Source: an uncultured virus (IMG/VR IMGVR_UViG_3300020180_000001)
Lineage: Duplodnaviria; Heunggongvirae; Uroviricota; Caudoviricetes
Length of the DNA: 64,000 nucleotides
Strand: one strand, 5' to 3'
IMG/VR virus record: IMGVR_UViG_3300020180_000001
In this document: positions 47,534 to 57,153 of the stretch, one piece after another
Numbering within the stretch: position 1 is the first letter of the stretch
How the letters are laid out: the number at the start of each line of letters is the position of its first letter
Notes under the pieces: model-generated
Told to the model about the DNA's origin: nothing
The model's input: the letters and a program-made list of their open reading frames with translations, nothing else
Database searches by the model: none
Translations under genes and position numbers: made by a program

Positions 47534-47572
47534 GTACAAAGATACAACATTAAAACGTTCAAACCTAATGAT
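47534..47572 (-). promoter_or_regulatory. Bacteroidota sigma-A type promoter (-7 TAnnTTTG)
   Basis: TATCTTTG at 47544-47537; plus-strand GTACAAAGATACAACATT identical to 27631. Confidence 0.65.
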
Positions 47573-47714
47573 TTAACATATATTGTAGCACTTGTATAGC
47601 GTATATTACCTTAATATAGGCTAAAATACCTTATAATTAGGTGTTCATTAACACAATCGTAATAACATTGCGATGAAACTTGCCTGATAACTTTCACAAT
47701 TTTAAAACAAAAAC

Positions 47715-48641
47715 ATGTATTTACCTATTAACATTTCAATCGAAACTGATTTCTCTGACTCGGTGTTTAAAAACGAAGAGTGCGAAATAGTTCTGGGAAA
47801 CCTTGTACGCATGCAGAAGAGTACAAACGAACTCTATTGGACATCCTTCACATGGGAGGACTACAAAAACTTTTGCACTCACAATGTTACCGATCGGGAG
47901 CGCTCGGTTTTGACCGCTTTCGTAAACGGTGGGAAGCCTACGTCGAACGCATCTGCTGATCTGGATGGGGGTTGGTTACATTTAGAGGACGGAAATTACT
48001 TCTTTAGCAAGAAAATGATTAAGATGCTTGGAGACGAATACTGGGTTGATCTAAGGGTATGGCTACGCGAACAGGATTATAACCCTCTTGAGGAGTTAGA
48101 ACCGCCAAAACGCTTAGTACCCTCAATACCAAAATCGTTGACCTTATACACACCCAAAATAAGGTTGCCCCAACGACGACGCAAAAGTTGGTTGCCCTTA
48201 CCCGATTCAGTCGAAGCATTGGTGAACAAAGAGCCGGCACAAACAAATATACCATTACCGGTAGAAGTACCAATATATGACATCCCTCCCATCTTTTCCA
48301 AGTTCAAATTCGGTGATTTTGGGAACGAAGGACAAGTTTGTGCTTTAACGCGGATTGAAACCGTATTCTCTCATGAAAAAGTCATATTCTTCCCGATTGA
48401 AGCGGCAGTTAACAACCCCACAGGCTGTCTCTGTATGATTGTACTTAACAAGGAAAGAAATTATGCTTCAATCGTCTGTACAGATTCAGAAAAAGTTTTA
48501 ATAGTAAGACCTCCTACCGAGATAGAACTTATGCACATTACGGACAATCCTGATAATTACGCCTTCAAAGCTGGTAAGGAGTTGTCTAATAGTGAAAACG
48601 TTTTTCACTGGTTCGCATTTAAAGCAAAGCAGGCAATTTAA
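47715..48641 (+). CDS. Hypothetical protein (two domains with a Pro-rich linker)
   Basis: ORF track; AT-rich leader. Confidence 0.6.
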   Translation: MYLPINISIETDFSDSVFKNEECEIVLGNLVRMQKSTNELYWTSFTWEDYKNFCTHNVTDRERSVLTAFVNGGKPTSNASADLDGGWLHLEDGNYFFSKKMIKMLGDEYWVDLRVWLREQDYNPLEELEPPKRLVPSIPKSLTLYTPKIRLPQRRRKSWLPLPDSVEALVNKEPAQTNIPLPVEVPIYDIPPIFSKFKFGDFGNEGQVCALTRIETVFSHEKVIFFPIEAAVNNPTGCLCMIVLNKERNYASIVCTDSEKVLIVRPPTEIELMHITDNPDNYAFKAGKELSNSENVFHWFAFKAKQAI

Positions 48642-48666
48642 ATTCACTCTTTAAAAAATAAAAATC

Positions 48667-48903
48667 ATGGGTACGGAAGAAGCCCTCAATGAAAAGATGA
48701 AAGAACAACTAATGAAATTAACGAAAATAGAAATAATTAAGTGGTATTTAGATGAATGCCGTAAAAGACAAAGGCTTACCTTATTAAGGAACCAATGTCA
48801 TGAGTATCTGATGAGCACCTACCCTTACCAACTGACTATAGATGATACTCTTGTTCAACTTGGATATGATCACCGTGGGAATGAGGCTAACTTGAATGTA
48901 TAG
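48667..48903 (+). CDS. Hypothetical protein
   Basis: ORF track. Confidence 0.5.
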   Translation: MGTEEALNEKMKEQLMKLTKIEIIKWYLDECRKRQRLTLLRNQCHEYLMSTYPYQLTIDDTLVQLGYDHRGNEANLNV

Positions 48904-49138
48904 GTACAACTACAATACTGTATTAACTATCTCATCAAGGTTGGCTGTAACTCATGTAGTTATTCCTTCCGGTACAAGAGACACGATGGTACAAGACATC
49001 AAGTGGGAAATAGAGTATGAAACCCCGATCATATTCGTCAAATCAAACTGCGAGAATATCTTCCAGATCTGTCAGATTGACGGGTATACAACACATAAAC
49101 TTCCAGATGGATTTGTTATGATCAAAGATCTGCATTAA
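48896..49138 (+). CDS. Hypothetical protein
   Basis: ORF track. Confidence 0.45.
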   Translation: MYRYNYNTVLTISSRLAVTHVVIPSGTRDTMVQDIKWEIEYETPIIFVKSNCENIFQICQIDGYTTHKLPDGFVMIKDLH

Positions 49139-49239
49139 AGCAGTGATTTTTGGCTATAGAAAGTAAGTATACTGATAATAAAGTAGTACTCCTAACCGTT
49201 AATAGTAGTATCTTTATAACAATTTTAATTAAGACACTA

Positions 49240-49593
49240 ATGACAATTAGAGAAATTGAACCTTGGGTAATCACTTTTATTGGTGCTACTAATTTATGGG
49301 TTCTTCGTAGAAAGAAGGATGGGGCTGCATTAAATGTATCCTATTCTGAAGAAGGCTTAAAATGGTCCTGCAATAAAACAGGTCGAGCAATATACTTTCA
49401 AAAAGGATATATTCGCGGAGGTAAATTACCCGAGGGAATAATGTCTGCGGAAGTGTACGTAGAACGTTTTAAGCCTGGAAACAAGAAATCCCAATTTCTA
49501 CAACAAGCGGAATGTACTTGGATAGGTAAGGCTTTACGTCTTATGTATTTCCAAAGCCGTGATAGAGAAGTAGGTACATATGCTTCTATTTAG
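49240..49593 (+). CDS. Hypothetical protein
   Basis: Likely start MTIREIE. Confidence 0.45.
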   Translation: MTIREIEPWVITFIGATNLWVLRRKKDGAALNVSYSEEGLKWSCNKTGRAIYFQKGYIRGGKLPEGIMSAEVYVERFKPGNKKSQFLQQAECTWIGKALRLMYFQSRDREVGTYASI

Positions 49594-49611
49594 TATACGA
49601 ATACAAAATAT

Positions 49612-50100
49612 ATGAAAAGTATTATATTGGCACTACTGATGAGCATACCGACAATATCATCTCCTTACGAGGTTGTAGTACACATACCTCTTGATGAAGT
49701 GGTTATTACCGCTAAGAGAATCCAAAGATCTTTTAAAACAGTTTTTTTCTTTGGGTTTAAATTATTAGGCGATGTAAAAACTGTCGGTATCTCAGGCTCT
49801 TTAAAGGAGGCAATGGATAATTATAAAGGCCCTAAAGACGCTGTAACTTCTGTAATGAGGCTTAATTCATTTAAATCCCAACACAGAGTAGGGAAAGCAA
49901 TTGATTTTCGCTTCTCAGAAGAACTTATCTGTTACCTCCTTAGTGATGAAGGGCAGGAATGGTTGACAACATATTCTATAACTTTTTACATAGAAGGCCG
50001 TCCAGGCTCTTCTAAGGTTAAATCATACGAGTCCACTGCACCTAAGTATGTGTTTTATAACCCCCGGGCAACCGGGGATCACATTCATTTAGGATTTTAA
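49612..50100 (+). CDS. Peptidase M15-like zinc peptidase with N-terminal signal-like segment
   Basis: SQHRVGKAIDF (SxHxxGxAxD) and C-terminal HIH. Confidence 0.7.
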   Translation: MKSIILALLMSIPTISSPYEVVVHIPLDEVVITAKRIQRSFKTVFFFGFKLLGDVKTVGISGSLKEAMDNYKGPKDAVTSVMRLNSFKSQHRVGKAIDFRFSEELICYLLSDEGQEWLTTYSITFYIEGRPGSSKVKSYESTAPKYVFYNPRATGDHIHLGF

Positions 50101-51944
50101 TGAGATACATAACGGCCTCCTTTCCTACTTGGGAAGAAATTAGTTTATCTGATGCTATTGCCAAAGTCAAAACATGGCCTCACTTAGCATTAGATATTGA
50201 AACAACGGGTGATTTCCAACATGTTCATACACAACGTGTTGTACTACTACAATTAACCTATAAAGAGGATACTGTGGTAATCACTAACAACTTTAAAAGC
50301 GTACTAAGGACTATACTAAAAAAGTTAGTAATCGGTCATAATATCAAGTATGACTTACAAATAATTAAGAACGAGTTCGGTTACACGTTTGAACACATAT
50401 ATGATACTATGCTTGCAGCACAGGTCATAGAATGTGGTGCTGAACGTAAAAAAGGACACTTTACTTTGGAATCAGTTGCTAAGAGATATGTAAACCCTCT
50501 GGCATATAGCCTCCAAGGCTCCTTATTTGAGTCCACAGTCACTAAAAAGATTAGAGACTCCTTTCATAAGTTTGATACGCTGACTCTCGCTCAGATCGAT
50601 TATGGGGCCACAGATGCAGAATACACTTACAGGCTTTACGGCAGACTAAATAAGATTCTTGAAAAAGAAGACTTAATGGATACCCTTAAACTTGAACTTG
50701 AGTTCTGCAAACTGCTGGTAGATATGGAATTGGAAGGAATAGGCGTAAACAGATCTTCATGGATGTTAGCATCTAATGCTGCGTTCGACAAACTAACTAC
50801 TTTGCAGGGAATACTATCATCTTATAAAGATCTTAACTGGAACTCCCCAAAGCAAATATTACCTTACTTTAAGTCTTTGGGAGTGGATACCACTCTTTTC
50901 GATCGTAATACAGGTATATATAAAGAGACCGTTGCGAAGACTATCTTAGAATCCCAGGTATCTAAACACGAGATAATCAAGTACTACTTAGATTATAAGA
51001 AATATCAAAAGCAGTACTCCACCTACGGAGAAGAATTCTTAGATAAACATACTTCTCCGGTCACGAATAAGATACATTCCTCGTTTCACCAAATAATGGT
51101 CACAGGAAGGACATCTTCTTCCTCTCCTAATTTACAGAACATTCCAAAATCTTCTGTTTATAGAAGCGCATTCGGTAAAAAAGGGTTGATTAAAGCCGAT
51201 TTTAAAGCACAAGAACTGCATATTGCAGCATCTTATGCTAAGGAACAAACTTTACTAACCTCTTTACGAGAAGGGAAAGATCCTCACTTAGAAACCGCTA
51301 AGTTAGTTTATGATGACAACACTTTAACAGCCGATAGCCGAGAAAGGCAATACGCGAAATCTATTAACTTTCTCGTAATATATGGTGGAGGACCTTCTAA
51401 ACTGGCATCTACGTTTAATATACCGATTAAAAAGGCTAAAGATGTAATTAAAAAATACTTCGAGTCTTACCAGGCATTTGCCAAGTACTTTAAATTAGTC
51501 GGAGAAGATGCTGAAGAAAAAGGGTACATCTTATGTGATAACTATATTCGCAGAAAAACATACCCTCATTTTTACAGTAAGATGATGTTTGCTAAAGAAC
51601 GTGTAGATTATTTTACTGCACGAGGATGGGTAGTCCCGTCTGTATACGCAGATACTTATTCATACTGGAGGTCCTTTTTACAAAGGATGGCACAAAACTA
51701 CAGGATCCAGAGTACAGGAGCCACTATGGCAAAACTTGCAGGGGTTTTAATAAAGAAAGAACTAAAGGCTATGAAGACGGATGGTAAGTTAGTTTTGTTA
51801 GTCCATGATGAATGGGTAGCAACGTCAACTGAAGATACCGTTTTAGTAGCAAAAATAGTTAAAGATTCGATGGAGAAAGCCTCCCTCGATATACTTAAAA
51901 ATATTAAAATACCAGCAGATGTTCAAATTTCTGACCATTGGTAA
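50100..51944 (+). CDS. polA: DNA polymerase family A (3'-5' exonuclease + polymerase)
   Basis: DIETTG, HNIKYD, TGRTSSSSPNLQNIP, DFKAQE, KSINFLVIYG, IQSTGA, VHDE. Confidence 0.95.
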   Translation: MRYITASFPTWEEISLSDAIAKVKTWPHLALDIETTGDFQHVHTQRVVLLQLTYKEDTVVITNNFKSVLRTILKKLVIGHNIKYDLQIIKNEFGYTFEHIYDTMLAAQVIECGAERKKGHFTLESVAKRYVNPLAYSLQGSLFESTVTKKIRDSFHKFDTLTLAQIDYGATDAEYTYRLYGRLNKILEKEDLMDTLKLELEFCKLLVDMELEGIGVNRSSWMLASNAAFDKLTTLQGILSSYKDLNWNSPKQILPYFKSLGVDTTLFDRNTGIYKETVAKTILESQVSKHEIIKYYLDYKKYQKQYSTYGEEFLDKHTSPVTNKIHSSFHQIMVTGRTSSSSPNLQNIPKSSVYRSAFGKKGLIKADFKAQELHIAASYAKEQTLLTSLREGKDPHLETAKLVYDDNTLTADSRERQYAKSINFLVIYGGGPSKLASTFNIPIKKAKDVIKKYFESYQAFAKYFKLVGEDAEEKGYILCDNYIRRKTYPHFYSKMMFAKERVDYFTARGWVVPSVYADTYSYWRSFLQRMAQNYRIQSTGATMAKLAGVLIKKELKAMKTDGKLVLLVHDEWVATSTEDTVLVAKIVKDSMEKASLDILKNIKIPADVQISDHW

Positions 51945-52973
51945 GTGAATACACAACAATTATTAGGAACTGTTTTTGCAATCTTCATTCTTGGAATGGG
52001 ATTTTGGGGTATTAACCGCCTTATGATCCTCGGGAAGTCCCAATCAAAGCAGTGGGGAGAACTCTTTCTGCAGTTGATGTCTGACAATGCAATCTCTACG
52101 AGACTACTCTTGATATTGGTGATTATATTAGGAGAATCTATGCTGGCTGCATCGCTGGTAGATGACAGGACTAACGTAGTCGCAAGATTTATCACTCACA
52201 TAGGCATAGGGTTCTTCTCCTTAATAGGAGCAATATCTTTTGTCAAGGCGTTCAAGTCAGTAGGAGAAGATCTATCTCCGTTTAACTTTCCCCGACTACT
52301 GTTAAAAAGCCTGATTGCACTTATTTACACGGCCCTCTTTATCTTCGGACCTATGGCTAATACCATAATTATGGCTAACGGTTACGGACAGTTAGATTTA
52401 ATAGGACTCATGTGGACTCAGGTATTTGGAAACTCAACACAATACCAATACGCAGTATTGTATTCAGGTAAATCTTGGCCTTTTAATGCTTGGGCAATGT
52501 GTAATAATGCACTACTTTCCTCGATACTACTTAACGTAGTTTCTATGTTTTTGAGTTTCCTGGAAGTACTTTCAGCATTAGTATCCATGAAGGTTATTGA
52601 GCCTAAGCCTAAGAAAGCCGTGCCTGACGCATCTAAACCGACTACGACTACATCGACTGTAAAACCTAATACTGGTGTGCAGGATGGGTTTACCAAAATC
52701 TTTACCTTTTACGGCTACCGGGATACCATACTCGACAGCATGTTAAAGATCGCTCTTAGTAACGTAAAGAAACTGGAGGAAACACCGGAGAATTCTAATA
52801 CAGTTATTCAGGTTATGAGAAACGTTGCAACGCTTGTCCAGAGAATTACGAGCGTACGAACTGAAGATGAACCTGCCCTTAGAGACGATATTAAGACCAT
52901 TCTGGGCAATTCGCCAGACATGACAGATAACGGCCTCAAAGGGTTGAGAATTACTTTTCCGAGGGTGTCGTAG
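51945..52973 (+). CDS. Multi-pass membrane protein
   Basis: Several hydrophobic segments in the N-terminal two thirds. Confidence 0.6.
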   Translation: MNTQQLLGTVFAIFILGMGFWGINRLMILGKSQSKQWGELFLQLMSDNAISTRLLLILVIILGESMLAASLVDDRTNVVARFITHIGIGFFSLIGAISFVKAFKSVGEDLSPFNFPRLLLKSLIALIYTALFIFGPMANTIIMANGYGQLDLIGLMWTQVFGNSTQYQYAVLYSGKSWPFNAWAMCNNALLSSILLNVVSMFLSFLEVLSALVSMKVIEPKPKKAVPDASKPTTTTSTVKPNTGVQDGFTKIFTFYGYRDTILDSMLKIALSNVKKLEETPENSNTVIQVMRNVATLVQRITSVRTEDEPALRDDIKTILGNSPDMTDNGLKGLRITFPRVS

Positions 52974-53005
52974 GCACCTGTCAGAATTGTTTTGCTCAAG
53001 AAGAG

Positions 53006-53647
53006 TTGAGTACTGTACTTATAAAAACACTGTCTCCCAGTCTCGGATCCTTTGCAACATGTTTCCAATGCGGAGAGCCTAACATACTCGATATTGATAG
53101 TTACTGTTCTAATTGTAGAACAGAGAAAGTCCTGTCAGTTTCGGTTTGCTCAGACTGCTCATCTTTTCTACCTACGATTTGTAAGATGTGTAAATCTGTT
53201 GCAGAGGTAAACCGGGATAGTGTTTGTCATTCTTGCAGAATCTCGGCAAAGTTTCGTGTACAGGATACCCCCAACTCAATTAGACTGAGTAAATGCACGA
53301 GATGCGATCTACGAGCCTCCTTAAATAAAGACGGCATCTGTTCGGTCTGCTTTATGAAGGAGTCTGCGTACAGTGACCCATATATAGAGGGTACGTACTG
53401 TCCTTGTGGGGATGCAATCTCAAAAGGTCATTTACTATGTAAAAAATGTACATTAAAAGTAAGAACTTGTAAACATGATGGATGTAACACTATCTTCCTA
53501 CCTAAAGTAAGTAGACAGTTACATTGCCCGGAGCACACTAACAAATGCACTAAGTGTTCTACAGAAATCTATTCAGATGAACAATTGTGTTCAGGCTGCG
53601 CTAATGATAATGACTTTGGTTTAAACACAGTCAGACTTAATATATGA
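53006..53647 (+). CDS. Cys-rich multi zinc-ribbon protein
   Basis: More than 10 CxxC-type pairs. Confidence 0.6.
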   Translation: MSTVLIKTLSPSLGSFATCFQCGEPNILDIDSYCSNCRTEKVLSVSVCSDCSSFLPTICKMCKSVAEVNRDSVCHSCRISAKFRVQDTPNSIRLSKCTRCDLRASLNKDGICSVCFMKESAYSDPYIEGTYCPCGDAISKGHLLCKKCTLKVRTCKHDGCNTIFLPKVSRQLHCPEHTNKCTKCSTEIYSDEQLCSGCANDNDFGLNTVRLNI

Positions 53648-54750
53648 CGAAAGATAGCATTCAGCAGAATGCAATTGAACATTGGATTGCTGCTGGAAAA
53701 ATAGGTACAATAATCTTACCTACGGGAGTTGGTAAGACTCGTATTGGAATAATGGCCCACGATCAAGTTGGTGGGAAAACCTTAATAGTTACTTCCTTAG
53801 GAGTTATCGTTGAAGGTTGGCATAAAGAACTTGGAAGTAGGGAGGCTGTAGTTCAGGTAATTAACTCGGCCCATAAGACAAAAGTCGAAGTAGATCTTTT
53901 AATAGTAGACGAAGTACATAGGGCACTTAGCCCCACTTTCTCAAAAGTATTTGAAAACGTTACTTATAAATATCTACTATGCCTGACGGCCTCCCTACCG
54001 GAATCAGAAGAGAGACAACAACTCCTGATCTCTAAAGCCCCTATTGTATACAGTAAAAATATAAAAGATGTTAAAGAAGTAATGGCACCCTGTACGGTTC
54101 ATAAAGTAGTCGTAAACTTGAATAAGATACAAAAAGCACAGTATAATTTCTTTAACCAGAAATTTATTGCTGCTGCTATACAGGTAGCCAAACTAAAAAA
54201 ACAAACACACCCTGCAACCTCGGTATTTGATTTTGCAAAACTCCACGCAACCTCTACCAAGCATAATGACGTAACAAAAGTATGTAAAGCGTATTGGTCT
54301 TACATGCAGTTAAGAAAACGGGTATTATACAATAATGACGAGAAGATTAAGACAATTAAAAAAATACTTAGTTACCCTTCGTCTACCAAAACTATTGTCT
54401 TCTGTAATACAATTATGTTTGCTGAGAAAGTAGCGAGGATTTTAGATAAGCCTGTATATCATTCTAAACTTACCCATAAGGAACGGGAACTTGCTCTATC
54501 CTTATTTAAAGACTGTATAGTCACAGTTAGTGCATTAAACGAAGGGATTGACATAGTAGACGCTGATACCGGAATTGCGGTCTCCAGCGTTTCTTCTCGC
54601 ATAATTAATACACAGCAATTAGGGAGAGTAAATAGAAAGTACGGAAACAAAGTATCTAACTTCTACAATCTCTACGTAGAAGGAACTCCTGAAGAAAGAT
54701 GGGTAAATTCTAAATTAAAATCTATGGAGTGGAAACAAACAATCGTTTAG
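53644..54750 (+). CDS. Superfamily 2 helicase (DExH, UvsW/XPB-like)
   Basis: PTGVGKT, DEVH, LTAS, LNEGID, QQLGRVNR. Confidence 0.9.
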   Translation: MTKDSIQQNAIEHWIAAGKIGTIILPTGVGKTRIGIMAHDQVGGKTLIVTSLGVIVEGWHKELGSREAVVQVINSAHKTKVEVDLLIVDEVHRALSPTFSKVFENVTYKYLLCLTASLPESEERQQLLISKAPIVYSKNIKDVKEVMAPCTVHKVVVNLNKIQKAQYNFFNQKFIAAAIQVAKLKKQTHPATSVFDFAKLHATSTKHNDVTKVCKAYWSYMQLRKRVLYNNDEKIKTIKKILSYPSSTKTIVFCNTIMFAEKVARILDKPVYHSKLTHKERELALSLFKDCIVTVSALNEGIDIVDADTGIAVSSVSSRIINTQQLGRVNRKYGNKVSNFYNLYVEGTPEERWVNSKLKSMEWKQTIV

Positions 54751-55805
54751 ATCTATTCATTAAAAGTCACCTTTCAAAACTACCACTAAATTTTGTCACA
54801 TACAGAATAGGAGGGGTGAATGCTGAACTTTGCCTTTTTTGTGGAAATCAACATGTCGGGCATACTGTTTTTACTTACCTGAACAGAGAATTAGACACTT
54901 ACACTAATACGAAGACTCGCATGTGTGAGATGTGCTATGAGGAAGTTCATGTAGCAGAAATGGAACTTAAAGACGGGACATCAAATCCCAGACTGGAACG
55001 GATACCATTTGCCGACAGTTCACTTGCTTATCGTATTAGCATGTATGCTGTTGATGCTACTTTTGACGAGTGTGTACACTCGTACTACAACTTCACAGTA
55101 GTACTCCCTGAGTCAATATTAGAGAGTATCTGGCTAATGTTTCGACATTGTTATTTTTGCCGAAACTTAGCAACAGATCAGTATTCGTTACTCACAGTAC
55201 CGGTACATTCCTCCACTTTAGTTAGTGGAGGGATGGTACGAAGTTGTAATAGTTGTACTAAAAAACTACAAACCTTTGAGGGAGGTATTAGTGCCTTAGA
55301 AGCAAGATATCCGGAAGATATTTGCAAGTCGTGTAACAACTACTATGCTATATCGGAATCAGAACTTACGAATAGATCTTATTATAGTGATAAGGGTAAA
55401 TACATGTGCCCCAACTGCGTAACTAAGCATCTTTATACTGATCCGATTGTGGCGGATAAAATAATACTGAATGATGCCGAAAACCTCTTCCGTAATGTTG
55501 CTTTACCTTGTATTATCTGTGATACTAAGTATAATGTAGACTTGCTAAGCCCGAATAATAATTTATATAGCAAATCTAAAAAGTCTATCTGCCCGGATTG
55601 TTTTTTTGTGAATGTACCTGCTATCACTGCTCTTCACATAGGAGATAATTCATATAGATTCTTCTCTATGCAAGATAAGATATTTATGTCATGTTCAAGG
55701 CCCAACGCAAAGACTATTACCATACAATTAACTCAACCAATAAGTGAGATAATTGCTAAACTGTATAACTTGAATGAGACGACACTTGATCTACGAACCT
55801 TCTAA
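54729..55805 (+). CDS. Zinc-ribbon-rich hypothetical protein
   Basis: About 8 CxxC pairs. Confidence 0.55.
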   Translation: METNNRLDLFIKSHLSKLPLNFVTYRIGGVNAELCLFCGNQHVGHTVFTYLNRELDTYTNTKTRMCEMCYEEVHVAEMELKDGTSNPRLERIPFADSSLAYRISMYAVDATFDECVHSYYNFTVVLPESILESIWLMFRHCYFCRNLATDQYSLLTVPVHSSTLVSGGMVRSCNSCTKKLQTFEGGISALEARYPEDICKSCNNYYAISESELTNRSYYSDKGKYMCPNCVTKHLYTDPIVADKIILNDAENLFRNVALPCIICDTKYNVDLLSPNNNLYSKSKKSICPDCFFVNVPAITALHIGDNSYRFFSMQDKIFMSCSRPNAKTITIQLTQPISEIIAKLYNLNETTLDLRTF

Positions 55806-56175
55806 CATAATTTGGACTAATAATACTAATACAAAGAAGTATGAAACTACGTTTAAAATTATCTATGAATATCAAAAGAAATACTATGGAGAATTAAAGG
55901 AATGGACACAGGGAAGTACCGCATTTAGAGTTCCTCCTATGGAATCTATTCATGAACTATTAGACTTAATTGAAAATATAGATTATCAGGATATTGTCAC
56001 TGTATATACTTATTTAAAAGGAACAAAAGAGTTGATATCTATAATAGAGGTAGGTAATAAGCCTTCTATTTATTATGCTACGGGTATCGATATATTAACG
56101 GGAGAGGAACTTTGGAAAAGTCACTTTTACTACAGCCTGTCACAATTAACAATCGATAAGGTACATGGATACTGA
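55774..56175 (+). CDS. Small protein, SLSEV-like family
   Basis: C-terminal YYSLSQL. Confidence 0.5.
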   Translation: MRRHLIYEPSNIIWTNNTNTKKYETTFKIIYEYQKKYYGELKEWTQGSTAFRVPPMESIHELLDLIENIDYQDIVTVYTYLKGTKELISIIEVGNKPSIYYATGIDILTGEELWKSHFYYSLSQLTIDKVHGY

Positions 56176-56338
56176 CTGGACAATACTTGCAATCATTGAT
56201 ACCGACATAGTACTACTCGAAGGATACAATAAAATGTATAAAGTAGTGTTATACGATACAGCACAAGATTCCTCCGAAGTATTAAGTGTGGGCTACAGCC
56301 TGAGTGAGGTAATGTACAGAGCCTGGAGACAACTTTGA
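56165..56338 (+). CDS. 57 aa protein, SLSEV family (not in ORF track)
   Basis: MDTDWT...GYSLSEVMYRAWRQL. Confidence 0.55.
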   Translation: MDTDWTILAIIDTDIVLLEGYNKMYKVVLYDTAQDSSEVLSVGYSLSEVMYRAWRQL

Positions 56339-56544
56339 TGCAGATTATATTTGAACTATCGATTATGGGTATAGATGATGAATCTTACCTCATCATAATA
56401 ACAAAAACGGCAGACAAACGTTTTAAATCTTGTATTCAGGGAGTGTATGTAGATTTCTACCATCAAGGTTTAGAAAGGTACAGTCTCTCCGAAGTTTCTT
56501 ACACCATATTTTTGTTTTGGAATCAGCATGACTCACATATATGA
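56338..56544 (+). CDS. Small protein, SLSEV family
   Basis: RYSLSEVSYTIF. Confidence 0.55.
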   Translation: MQIIFELSIMGIDDESYLIIITKTADKRFKSCIQGVYVDFYHQGLERYSLSEVSYTIFLFWNQHDSHI

Positions 56545-56713
56545 AGAGGTACGGGTAATCAGCGGAAGGAATTATAGGTACGAAATCTGCTATAATGACG
56601 ATAGTTTAGAGTACGAAGGAGAAATACGTTGTGCCACTCCTTTTTACTACTACGCTGAAAAAGGATCTTTATCAGAGGTATCCTTCCTTCTTTTCATTGC
56701 GTCTAATGCCTAG
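56528..56713 (+). CDS. Small protein, SLSEV family
   Basis: GSLSEVSFLLF. Confidence 0.55.
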   Translation: MTHIYEEVRVISGRNYRYEICYNDDSLEYEGEIRCATPFYYYAEKGSLSEVSFLLFIASNA

Positions 56714-56951
56714 TATATACTATGATAAAGAAGATAAAAAGTTCTGGACAGTGATTTTTAAAAAAACAGTTACCGTAAAGGGTATACCAAAAGATTATTA
56801 CTGGTATCAAATCACTACGTTAGACGGAAGAAAAACTATTACTCAATCTCGTTACTTTGATACGCTAAGTCACTGTTCTTACCAAGCCCAATGTTACATT
56901 TTAAAGGCCAAAGGAAATCTTCTTATGTTAGGTAACGAATTAAATGTCTAA
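56706..56951 (+). CDS. Small protein, SLSEV-like family
   Basis: YQIT...SRYFDTLSHCSY; start ATG 56706. Confidence 0.5.
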   Translation: MPSIYYDKEDKKFWTVIFKKTVTVKGIPKDYYWYQITTLDGRKTITQSRYFDTLSHCSYQAQCYILKAKGNLLMLGNELNV

Positions 56952-57153
56952 ACTACATAGTCACAAAAAGATTACTCCTAAATTTGGTATAGTAATACTA
57001 TCACATGATAAACATAAGATCCGTAATTACCAGTACCAAATTACAAGTAGATGGGGACACACTACAGTATTTCACTCTGGTTACTTCATTAGCCTGAGTG
57101 CTTGTGTCTTAGACGGGTGTCTAAAGGTATATGACATGAACATGAAAGCATGA
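56944..57153 (+). CDS. Small protein, SLSEV-like family
   Basis: YQIT...SGYFISLSACV. Confidence 0.5.
   Translation: MSKLHSHKKITPKFGIVILSHDKHKIRNYQYQITSRWGHTTVFHSGYFISLSACVLDGCLKVYDMNMKA

Noticed and set aside
47411..47599. 62 aa plus-strand ORF in the ncRNA B region
   Set aside because: TTG start, no A-rich leader, and it overlaps the duplicated promoter and conserved RNA blocks.
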